Source: a virus. Taken from it: a stretch of 44,263 nucleotides of DNA. The notes under the pieces are model-generated. The model saw nothing but the letters and a program-made list of their open reading frames with translations. It had not been told where the DNA came from and searched no databases. Made by a program: the position numbers and the translations under genes. Below, piece after piece: positions 8,692-16,017 of this stretch; position 1 is the first letter of the stretch; each line of letters begins with the position of its first letter. The stretch spans positions 1 to 44,263 of the IMG/VR virus record IMGVR_UViG_3300020215_000021, one strand, 5' to 3'.

Positions 8692-9389
8692 CAGCGCACC
8701 CCCAGGTCCACGCCGATCATCACGGAGGCCGGCTCCACGTCGAAGCCGCGGGCCGTGTCCAGGCTCTCCGCCGCGATGGCTGCCACGTCCGCCCGCAGCG
8801 CCACCCCCACCACGGGAGCGAGGCGGACGGCGAGGTTGTAGGTCAGCGCCTCAAGCCATTCCTGGGGAAAGTCGGGGTTGTTGTTCGCGGCGTCGAAATC
8901 CTCGATCTGCCGGGCGTAGGTGAAGTGCAGCGTCATGCTGTTGCCCGTCGCCATCGGGGGCCAGACGTAGAGCCGGGCCTGGGTGAGCTGCGGGTCGTAG
9001 TAGAAGCTGGTCGGGATGGACGCGGTGCTCTTGTCCGGCAGGTCGAAGTAGTCCTCCCGGGACAGGGCCGTCAGCGGCGTGTCGATGCCGCTCTCGCGCC
9101 GGCGCACGGAGAGGATTTTGAGCGCCCGCACGGCGAAGTCCGGGGCGGTCCCGCCGAAGGTGTAGGACTGCCGGTCGGCGATGCTGGTGAGCTGGCCCTC
9201 GGTCTTGGTCCAGAGATGCGTGCCGGCGGCCTCCCACGCCTTGACCATGGCGTTGAGCCGGCGGGCGCAGCGGGCCACCAGGTCGGAGGACGGCGTCTCC
9301 CCGTCAGCCCCCACCCCCAGGAGGTCGAGGGCGTCGAGGATGATCTGATTGCGCGTCAGGTTGAAGTCGGTCGACCCGCTCGTTGCCAT
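8691..9389 (-). CDS. Head-to-tail adaptor / tail tubular protein A-like (T7 gp11-type)
   Basis: 232 aa. The N-terminus (NLTRNQIILDALDLLGVGADGETPSSDLVARCARRLNAMVKAWEAAG) parallels T7 gp11 ([43 protein letters not shown]) from memory. It sits directly upstream of the nozzle gene. Confidence 0.55.
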   Translation of the reverse strand: MATSGSTDFNLTRNQIILDALDLLGVGADGETPSSDLVARCARRLNAMVKAWEAAGTHLWTKTEGQLTSIADRQSYTFGGTAPDFAVRALKILSVRRRESGIDTPLTALSREDYFDLPDKSTASIPTSFYYDPQLTQARLYVWPPMATGNSMTLHFTYARQIEDFDAANNNPDFPQEWLEALTYNLAVRLAPVVGVALRADVAAIAAESLDTARGFDVEPASVMIGVDLGVR

Positions 9390-9396
9390 GGATCAC

Positions 9397-9648
9397 CTAG
9401 AGGTCGTCGGGGGTCACGTCACCGGGGCTGACGAACACGTCGGCCGGGCGCGGGCGGGGATTGGGCACGGTCTGCGGATCGGGGACGCCGCGCACGAAAT
9501 CCTGCGGCTGGCGGGGCTCCCAGCAGGTATCCGCGCAGACCATGAGGTTGTCCCAGGTCAGGCGGGTGTCCTCGGCATAGCGTTTGCGGGCGCACCGGTC
9601 GCAGATGCGGTAGAAGGTGCCCGGCCGCCAGGTGGTTTCGCAGCTCAT
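9397..9648 (-). CDS. Cys-rich small virion-module protein
   Basis: The ATG at 9648 overlaps the upstream stop (ATGA). Cys pattern: C-x12-CDRC...C-x3-C. Confidence 0.55.
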   Translation of the reverse strand: MSCETTWRPGTFYRICDRCARKRYAEDTRLTWDNLMVCADTCWEPRQPQDFVRGVPDPQTVPNPRPRPADVFVSPGDVTPDDL

Positions 9649-9929
9649 GCCCACACCCGCTTGGGCTCGGTGGGATGCACCGTGTAGGGCTCCAGGCCAT
9701 CAGGAGCATCGCCGCTCAGGACGCGCAGGTTGACGTGGAAGCCCTCATCCACCACGGCGGGGGTGATGATCTCCCCCTCGTCGTCCACCTCTGCCGGGGC
9801 GGTGACGATGGGCCCGATGGGGTCGAGGGCGTGGGCGTGGGAGGCGGTGAGCCAGCCGTCTTCGCCCTGGTAGGCGGAGAGCTTGGCCTTGGCGGTCGCC
9901 TCATCGGCAAAACGGAGCATGATGTCCAT
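9645..9929 (-). CDS. Hypothetical virion-module protein (94 aa)
   Basis: ORF track; tightly packed between neighbouring genes; acidic product. Confidence 0.6.
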   Translation of the reverse strand: MDIMLRFADEATAKAKLSAYQGEDGWLTASHAHALDPIGPIVTAPAEVDDEGEIITPAVVDEGFHVNLRVLSGDAPDGLEPYTVHPTEPKRVWA

Positions 9930-9931
9930 GG

Positions 9932-11188
9932 TCAGGCCCCCGTGATGGCTTGCAGTTGGGCATTGGAGAGGCGGCGGGGGTAGTAGGCGATGCGGCGGAT
10001 GTGGCCGTTGAAGTACGAGGAGCCCACGACGCCCGAAAAGCGCAGCGTCGTCAGCCCGGTCGGGAGCGCCCCGCTGGTGTCCGTCCCCACCGTCCCACCG
10101 TTGAGGCAGGTGGCGTAATCGTCCGCCGCGTAGGCGCCGGCGTGCCGAAAATCGGCCCCTGCCGTGATGGCGCGGGCGATATCCGCTACTTCAGTGCCAG
10201 CGGAGACAACCGTGAGGCGGAAGCTGCCGGAACTGCCGATCCTCTGCATAATCCGGTTGTTGTCCGTGCCATCGTCATACCGGATGCCAGGGTTGCCCGA
10301 TGTCACGCTGAGCAGGCGTCCCTCAAGCAGCGACGTGCCTTGGCTTGCGCTGAACCATGCCCCCAGGGCGATGGAGCACACGTCCGCGGAGCGGGTGACG
10401 GTAGCGGAGGTGGTGCGTATCCGGGAGGTCGGGAACGCCCCCACCTCCGCCTGATACTCGCCCTGGAATATGGCGTTGCCCGTCGCCGATGAGGCCCCGT
10501 TCGCGGAAACCGGGAAGAAATAGACGGTGAATGAAGTCTCCGTCGTCGTGGTGACGGTCAGGCGACACTCATAGACGCCGTCACCAAGATTGCGAATTGT
10601 ATGTGTTGAGTAGACGACGTTGCCAGACCCGGCGGTATTGGTTCCGACGCTCCCGTTGGCTAAGTCGAACCATGCCGCGACATTATCCGAGGCCCCGTTG
10701 ATGCGAACACGGGCGAAGTTGACATTGTCCGCCTTGGCCCAGAACGAAACGGTGATCGCCGATCCTGCCGCCACGGTGATGGTCTGGGCAATGGCGCTGC
10801 TGGCCGCGTTGGCGGTCACGCGGCTCAACCCACGCGGCCCGGCGCCGACGTTGACCGTGCAGCCGCTCCCAACGGCGGCCCAGCTGGCCGCGCTCGGGTC
10901 GGTGGACCGCACCAGCAGGTTCGTCCTGCTCTCCTCCACCAGCAGCCCCTTGGGCGCGAGGGTGACGGGGTCGTAGTCGAAGCGGGGCATGTCCACGGCA
11001 GCCGACTTCAGCAGCCCGTCCGCGCCGAAGTACGCCGCCGTCGATGCCCGGGTGAAGGTCACCGGGAACTGCCCGTTGCCGAACTGACCCGCCAGGAAGT
11101 CGATGTAGAGCGACGGCGACGGCACCCACAGCAGCGGGCGGGCGAAGGGCCGGACGATGGAGCGGGGGATGGTCCTGGCGAGCGTCAC
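9932..11188 (-). CDS. Tail fibre / receptor-binding-like protein with a LamG/ConA-like C-terminal signature
   Basis: 418 aa with a Thr/Ser/Gly/Ala-rich, beta-type composition. The C-terminus (FNGHIRRIAYYPRRLSNAQLQAITGA) resembles the end of LamG-type lectin domains as I recall them. Confidence 0.5.
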   Translation of the reverse strand: MTLARTIPRSIVRPFARPLLWVPSPSLYIDFLAGQFGNGQFPVTFTRASTAAYFGADGLLKSAAVDMPRFDYDPVTLAPKGLLVEESRTNLLVRSTDPSAASWAAVGSGCTVNVGAGPRGLSRVTANAASSAIAQTITVAAGSAITVSFWAKADNVNFARVRINGASDNVAAWFDLANGSVGTNTAGSGNVVYSTHTIRNLGDGVYECRLTVTTTTETSFTVYFFPVSANGASSATGNAIFQGEYQAEVGAFPTSRIRTTSATVTRSADVCSIALGAWFSASQGTSLLEGRLLSVTSGNPGIRYDDGTDNNRIMQRIGSSGSFRLTVVSAGTEVADIARAITAGADFRHAGAYAADDYATCLNGGTVGTDTSGALPTGLTTLRFSGVVGSSYFNGHIRRIAYYPRRLSNAQLQAITGA

Positions 11189-11412
11189 CGGATGCTCTCC
11201 ATGGCGTGGCTGAGGGCGGCGTTGGCCTCCAGCGCAAGGTCAAGCTCGTGCTGCGTCGCGCTCACCTGCGCCTGGAGGGTGGCGCACTCCACCCTGAGGT
11301 CGGCTGCCTGGCGCTCGGACTGGTCGAGCCTGGCCCGCAGCTCGTCGCGCTCCTGCGAGACGCTGCCCAGCATCGTGGACAGCGTCTCGATGGCCTTGCG
11401 CAGCCCGAACAT
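11185..11412 (-). CDS. Small coiled-coil protein (75 aa)
   Basis: Heptad-like sequence (ERDELRARLDQSERQAADLRVECATLQAQVSATQHELDLALEAN). Its stop overlaps the next start. Confidence 0.55.
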   Translation of the reverse strand: MFGLRKAIETLSTMLGSVSQERDELRARLDQSERQAADLRVECATLQAQVSATQHELDLALEANAALSHAMESIR

Positions 11413-11706
11413 CTACAGGAGCCCGATGACGGTCGCGGTGGCGGTCGTCCCGGTCTTGTTCGCCCGGATGTACTTCCACGGCCCGGCGATGACCGCCGCC
11501 CCGGAGGTGGAGCCGGTGGCGAAGTTGACCGCCTGGACCCAGGACGAATTGTCCACCGAGACCTCGATGGCGACGCTGTCGCTGGTGTTCTTGGACACCG
11601 TGACGGAGCGCTCCTGCGACATGGTCGAGCGCCAGTCCAGGGGGTAGGACGTGCCCGCCCCGGCCGAGCTGGTGTCGAGCAGCGTGTGTTGCGTGAGAAT
11701 GCCCAT
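11413..11706 (-). CDS. Small beta-rich virion-module protein (97 aa)
   Basis: ORF track. Its stop abuts the next start at 11412. Confidence 0.55.
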   Translation of the reverse strand: MGILTQHTLLDTSSAGAGTSYPLDWRSTMSQERSVTVSKNTSDSVAIEVSVDNSSWVQAVNFATGSTSGAAVIAGPWKYIRANKTGTTATATVIGLL

Positions 11707-11737
11707 CGGCTCCTCCTCTGGATCGGATGGCCGGGGA

Positions 11738-12424
11738 TCAGCGGGCCTTGACCGCGCCGATGTAGTCGACGGTCATGGTGCGGGCGTTAGCGTCGCCGTT
11801 CTGGATGGCGAAGCTGATGGTCAGGTCTTCGTCGTCCGGCAGGTTCGTGGTGGCGGAGGTGCCCTTCTGCACCCCGTCCACGAAGTAGGCGATCGAGGAG
11901 ATGCCGTCGTAGTAGAAGCCCAACTCCACGAAGGTGTCGGCCGTCACCGTCGAGACCGCCGTCGCCGTGGTGGCGGTGCTGTCCTTGATGACCACGAAGT
12001 CGATGTCGGTATCGCCATCGTCCTTGCGGAAGTACACGCCGTCCGTCACCGCGAGCGGGGTGGTGTCGGTGATCTGAAGGCCGACCACGAAATCCGACTG
12101 CGTGGCCTCGGAGACCTTGAAGCGGGCGGCAAACCAGAGCGGCTTGCCCGATGCGAAGCGGAAGCTCTCCCCCACCTTCTGGAGGGCCACGAGGTCGTTG
12201 TCGGCCGTGGTGTTGGTCAGCAGCAGCAGGCCGCCGTCGCCGTCCGTCAAAGCTTGGGTGGCGCCAGCCTGCGTCTCGGTGACGGTCCAGTCGCCCGCCA
12301 CGTAGGTGTCGAAGTCATTCCAGTAGGTGTGCACGCGGTTCGGGGCCGGGAACGGCAGCATGCCGAACAGGGCGTTGGGAGCGGCGTTGGTGACGCCGGC
12401 GGGGAAGCGGGCGGGAGCGGCCAT
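11738..12424 (-). CDS. Virion structural protein, beta-sandwich-like (228 aa)
   Basis: ORF track. It is the first gene after the capsid terminator. Composition is typical of jelly-roll or lectin-like folds. No search was done. Confidence 0.55.
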   Translation of the reverse strand: MAAPARFPAGVTNAAPNALFGMLPFPAPNRVHTYWNDFDTYVAGDWTVTETQAGATQALTDGDGGLLLLTNTTADNDLVALQKVGESFRFASGKPLWFAARFKVSEATQSDFVVGLQITDTTPLAVTDGVYFRKDDGDTDIDFVVIKDSTATTATAVSTVTADTFVELGFYYDGISSIAYFVDGVQKGTSATTNLPDDEDLTISFAIQNGDANARTMTVDYIGAVKAR

Positions 12425-12489
12425 GGTGATGGTCCTTCATGCTGAGAGCGCCGAGAGGCGCGGGGGGTGACCCCGCGCTCCCAGGCATG

Positions 12490-12512
12490 AAAAAAGCCGC
12501 CCTGAAGGCGGC
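12490..12512 (-). terminator. Rho-independent terminator immediately after the major capsid gene
   Basis: The minus strand reads GCCGCC-TTCAG-GGCGGC followed by TTTTTT. It lies 26 nt after the capsid stop at 12538. A second 8-bp GC hairpin (GCGCGGGG/CCCCGCGC) sits at 12458..12478. Confidence 0.8.
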
Positions 12513-12537
12513 CGGTCGGAGGTGATGCGCCCCGGGC

Positions 12538-13449
12538 TTACGCGCCGGGGGAGCCGAAGAGGGCGCGCCAGTCGGCCCAGCCGAACGAGTACCGCTCGTA
12601 CTTGGCGTACTTGCCGTTCTTCGTGTCGAAGTCGTTGTCCATGGCGATGTCCTGGATGTCGCGCTCGAAGTGGATGAGCCCATCCTTGGCATCGGTCCGG
12701 ATGAACCACGCGTCCGGGTCGGTGAAGTAGTGGTTCACCTTGGCGCCCTCCGGCAGGAGGCCCATCGCCCGGATCGCGTTCACGGCGTTGTTGGCCGTGT
12801 CGTTCTGGAGGGTGGACTTCAGGATGCGGGTGGCGTTGAACGCGTTGTTCGGCGCGATGTGCAGCGACTTCGGCTTCAGCGCGATCTTCAGGCCGCGGTC
12901 GTCGGTCGCCTGCATGATCTGGATGATCAGATCCTCGATGGCGACCTCGGACAGGTCCGCCGCGACCGCCAGCACGTTGGACTGGTTGCCGGCCAGGGTC
13001 GGATGGTCGGAGACGATGAGGGCCTTGCCGTCGCCGCCGGTGAAGGAGGTGTTGTAGGCGCGGTTGTAGATGTTGGCGCCGACGTTTTCGCGGGTCTGCC
13101 GCATCGAGCGGGCCAGGGAGCCGGAGCGACGCTTGCCGACCTTCTCGTACAGGTTGTCCTTGAACTCCTCGTAGGTGACGATGAAGCCCAGGGAGTAGGC
13201 GACGTGCGTGAAGCGCGACACGAAGCCCTGCTGCGTGCTGTCGTAGGAGATCGGCGCGCCCTGGTTCTTCACCGGGGCCAGGCCGAAGCCGCGCTCCTGC
13301 ACCAGCTCCTCGTAGTTGCGGTCGGACGTGTCGACCTCGAACAGGTCGGTGTACTCGGTCTTGTGGTCCTCGTAGGCCGCGCCGAACCACGACTTGACGC
13401 CGGGCCAGAGGGCCTTGGGGAAATTGCCGGTAGTGATGACGCCGGTCAT
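12538..13449 (-). CDS. Major capsid protein (HK97-fold inferred from context)
   Basis: 303 aa. It lies downstream of portal and scaffold, and is followed by a strong terminator, as with highly expressed coat genes. No diagnostic motif was checked. Confidence 0.7.
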   Translation of the reverse strand: MTGVITTGNFPKALWPGVKSWFGAAYEDHKTEYTDLFEVDTSDRNYEELVQERGFGLAPVKNQGAPISYDSTQQGFVSRFTHVAYSLGFIVTYEEFKDNLYEKVGKRRSGSLARSMRQTRENVGANIYNRAYNTSFTGGDGKALIVSDHPTLAGNQSNVLAVAADLSEVAIEDLIIQIMQATDDRGLKIALKPKSLHIAPNNAFNATRILKSTLQNDTANNAVNAIRAMGLLPEGAKVNHYFTDPDAWFIRTDAKDGLIHFERDIQDIAMDNDFDTKNGKYAKYERYSFGWADWRALFGSPGA

Positions 13450-13462
13450 GGGTCAGCCCTCC

Positions 13463-14038
13463 TTAGACGCCGGTGAGGTTGCGGGACTGGTGCAGGTTGA
13501 ACGACACCAGCCACTTCGCATTGGTGCCGATCTCGTTGTCCTCCTGGTTCAGGAGGCGCTCGATGCGGCACTGGAGGGTGTTGGTGGTGTTCGCGGTCGA
13601 GCTGTCGAGCTGGAAGCCGGACAAGCCCGTGGTGGTGGACCCGGCGCCGGCCACGAAGTCGGCGTTCTGGCCGACGTTGGTGGCCGCCAGGGCGCCGCCG
13701 GCGCTGTCCTCCTGGATCGCGAACAGCAGGTTCGGATCGTCGGCGACCAGCACGTACCGCGCGGTCGAAGCCGGGCGGTAGGTCAGGGTGAGGTTGTCCG
13801 GGTCCGGCGCGAACCCGACGACGACGCCCGAGGTATAGGCGCCGGAGCCGGCGGTGGCGCGGGTGATGGTCGGGATGCCGCGGCTGTCCGCCGAACCGGC
13901 GATGATAACCGGGTCGCCGACATAGAGCGCGGTGCCGTCCGATGCCGGCACGTAGTAGGTGTTGACCGCCCCGTTGTAAGGGGCGCCCGAACGGTAGCAG
14001 ACCGGGGAGAACCCGGTCGCGGCGTTGACGTTCGCCAT
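13463..14038 (-). CDS. Head-module protein, possible capsid decoration/cement protein
   Basis: 191 aa, beta-rich and Gly/Thr/Ala-rich, directly upstream of the capsid gene. The function is inferred from position only. Confidence 0.5.
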   Translation of the reverse strand: MANVNAATGFSPVCYRSGAPYNGAVNTYYVPASDGTALYVGDPVIIAGSADSRGIPTITRATAGSGAYTSGVVVGFAPDPDNLTLTYRPASTARYVLVADDPNLLFAIQEDSAGGALAATNVGQNADFVAGAGSTTTGLSGFQLDSSTANTTNTLQCRIERLLNQEDNEIGTNAKWLVSFNLHQSRNLTGV

Positions 14039-14082
14039 GGTTCAGTCTCCGTGATGGATGGGGGATCGGGGCGGCAGAGGGG

Positions 14083-14565
14083 TCAGGTGCGCGAACCGCC
14101 GGTCGAAACCGACATGTTCTTGGCGTAGAAGTTGCCCCCGTCGCCCTGGGACTCGGTGCCGTTCAGCATCGCCTTGTCGACGCCCGTCTGCCCCGTCTTG
14201 GACAGGGCGGCGGTGTTCCGCAGGGCTGCGTCGAAGTCGTCGGCCGGCTTCTGCTTGGCCTTCTGGTCTTCGTCGTAGAACGCCTGGGGGACCTCCATCA
14301 GGAACGCCTTCATAGGGGTGCCGTCTTCCTTGCGGCCGACGAAGCGCTCGACACGGGCGCCGGGCCCGTCCGTCTTGATCTCGTCGGTCACGAAGTCGTA
14401 GCCGCCGGCCTTGGCGCGGTGGATGCGGTCGGCGTCGTCGTTGATCCAGCGACGGACGTAGCCCTCTCGCGTCGGGGCCGAAAGCTTCTGCTGGGGGGTG
14501 CCGAGCGGGATGCGCTCGCGGCGCCCTGTCTCTGCCCGGGTCGCGGGCCGTGCCTCACGCGTCAT
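14083..14565 (-). CDS. Head-module protein (160 aa), function unknown
   Basis: A strong SD (AAGGAG) precedes the ATG at 14565. The gene lies between the scaffold and decoration-like genes. Confidence 0.6.
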   Translation of the reverse strand: MTREARPATRAETGRRERIPLGTPQQKLSAPTREGYVRRWINDDADRIHRAKAGGYDFVTDEIKTDGPGARVERFVGRKEDGTPMKAFLMEVPQAFYDEDQKAKQKPADDFDAALRNTAALSKTGQTGVDKAMLNGTESQGDGGNFYAKNMSVSTGGSRT

Positions 14566-14580
14566 GGGGTGCTCCTTGCC

Positions 14581-15342
14581 TCAGGAAAGGTACTGCTTGG
14601 CGTATTCGGCGCGGCTCTTGACCACGCCCGCCTTGATGAGCCGGTCGCCCATCGCCTTCACGTCGTCGGGCAGGGTGTCCCAGCCGCCGGCCGTGCCGCC
14701 GCCGCCCGACCCGCCGCCCTCGACGGCGTTGGGGGCGGTGCGCTTGGGGTTCTCGAACTTCTCGGGGAACCGCTTCTCCACCTCCTTTCGAACCCGCTTC
14801 AGGTTCTCGGTGATGGACAGGTCGGGTTCGTCGCGAAGCAGCTCGCCGTGGAGTTCCGTGGCGAAGGCGCGCATCTTGGCGTCCTTGCCGAACCAGGGGT
14901 TCTGCTCGACCCAGGCGGTGATGGCAGGATCGGCGGCGGCGGCGGCCTTCTTCGGCGCTTCCGGCTTCTCCTCCTCCAGCTCCTTGATCTCCTTCTCGAT
15001 GGCCTTCACGGCCTTCACGTCGCCGGCCTCGATGGCTTCGTCGCGCTTGGCCTCGCGCTCGGCAATGGCCTTCTCGACCGCGGCACGCTCGCGCTTCGCC
15101 TGGCTGGCCGTCATGTCCTTGAGGATGCCGGTCAGCTCCTCGACCTTGGCCTCCAGCTTGCGGTTGGCAGCCTTCACGATGGGCAGCAGCGTCTCGCCCT
15201 TCTTCACGAAGGTCTCCGCGTCGACCCACTTCTCCGGGGCGCCGCGCCACTCCTCCTTCGGAGACCAGCCCATCTCGCGGGCGCGGCTCTCCACCTCCGG
15301 GTCGGCCTGGGTGGCCTCCGGAGCCGTCACTTCCTCGGTCAT
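14581..15342 (-). CDS. Scaffolding protein
   Basis: 253 aa, highly charged Glu/Lys/Ala-rich helices (EKAIAEREAKRDEAIEAGDVKAVKAIEKEIKELEEEK). It lies between the portal and capsid genes. Confidence 0.65.
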   Translation of the reverse strand: MTEEVTAPEATQADPEVESRAREMGWSPKEEWRGAPEKWVDAETFVKKGETLLPIVKAANRKLEAKVEELTGILKDMTASQAKRERAAVEKAIAEREAKRDEAIEAGDVKAVKAIEKEIKELEEEKPEAPKKAAAAADPAITAWVEQNPWFGKDAKMRAFATELHGELLRDEPDLSITENLKRVRKEVEKRFPEKFENPKRTAPNAVEGGGSGGGGTAGGWDTLPDDVKAMGDRLIKAGVVKSRAEYAKQYLS

Positions 15343-15380
15343 GTCTCTCTTCCTCGGGATATGCCGCTTCGCGCGGCGGG

Positions 15381-15806
15381 TCAGGCGCGAATGATCGCGC
15401 AGATGTCCTTGTCGACGCAGAGCCGGTACAGGTCGGAAATGTCCCCGGCCTTCGGGGGCTGGCCGCTGTACTTGCTGACGATGACCCGGTCGCCGGGTTG
15501 GGGAATGCTGCCCTTCCAGTCCTCAAAGGCGTTCCCGCCCACGGCAATGAGCGTGGCGTACGTTTCCGCAGCCTGCTGACGCTCCTTGGCCTGTTCCGGG
15601 ATGTAGATGGAGCCCCGCTTCTCCTCGACGGGATCGAGGCGAACGAGACACTTGTATTCGACCGGCACCAGGCCGCTCGTGTTAAGCGGCTTGGGCTCGA
15701 CCGCCGTGGGTCGGCTGGACCACATGGCCTCGGAGTCCGCCAGTTCGCGGCGGATGCGCTCCCGCTGCTCAAAGGTCAGGGGTTCATTCGTCTTCTGCTC
15801 GTCCAT
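15381..15806 (-). CDS. GroES (Cpn10)-like co-chaperonin domain protein
   Basis: The C-terminal ~95 aa read like GroES: VPVEYKCLVRLDPVEEKRGSIYIPEQAKERQQ...ATLIAVGGNAF...PGDRVIVSKYSG...DKDICAIIRA. An N-terminal extension of ~45 aa precedes this. Confidence 0.6.
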   Translation of the reverse strand: MDEQKTNEPLTFEQRERIRRELADSEAMWSSRPTAVEPKPLNTSGLVPVEYKCLVRLDPVEEKRGSIYIPEQAKERQQAAETYATLIAVGGNAFEDWKGSIPQPGDRVIVSKYSGQPPKAGDISDLYRLCVDKDICAIIRA

Positions 15807-16017
15807 AGAATGCCTCGATGTCCTTTGCCTCTAAGGTCGCCATCTCCTCAAGGAGCTGGCATTGCGCCTGGGCCTCCGCCCATGCCTCCGGGGACAGGTT
15901 GCCCTTCCCCCACGCCTCCAGCAGAGAATGCCGGAAGTCCCTCAGATACCGGCGGAACACCTGCGTCACCGGGTCCTGCGTCCATGCCCGCCAGAGTTCC
16001 GGGTCCAGTCGGTCCAT
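15784..16017 (-). CDS. Small helical protein (77 aa) overlapping the portal 3' end
   Basis: Wobble GC is about 77% by hand count. The portal frame over the same 170 nt gives about 50%. Confidence 0.6.
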   Translation of the reverse strand: MDRLDPELWRAWTQDPVTQVFRRYLRDFRHSLLEAWGKGNLSPEAWAEAQAQCQLLEEMATLEAKDIEAFYGRAEDE

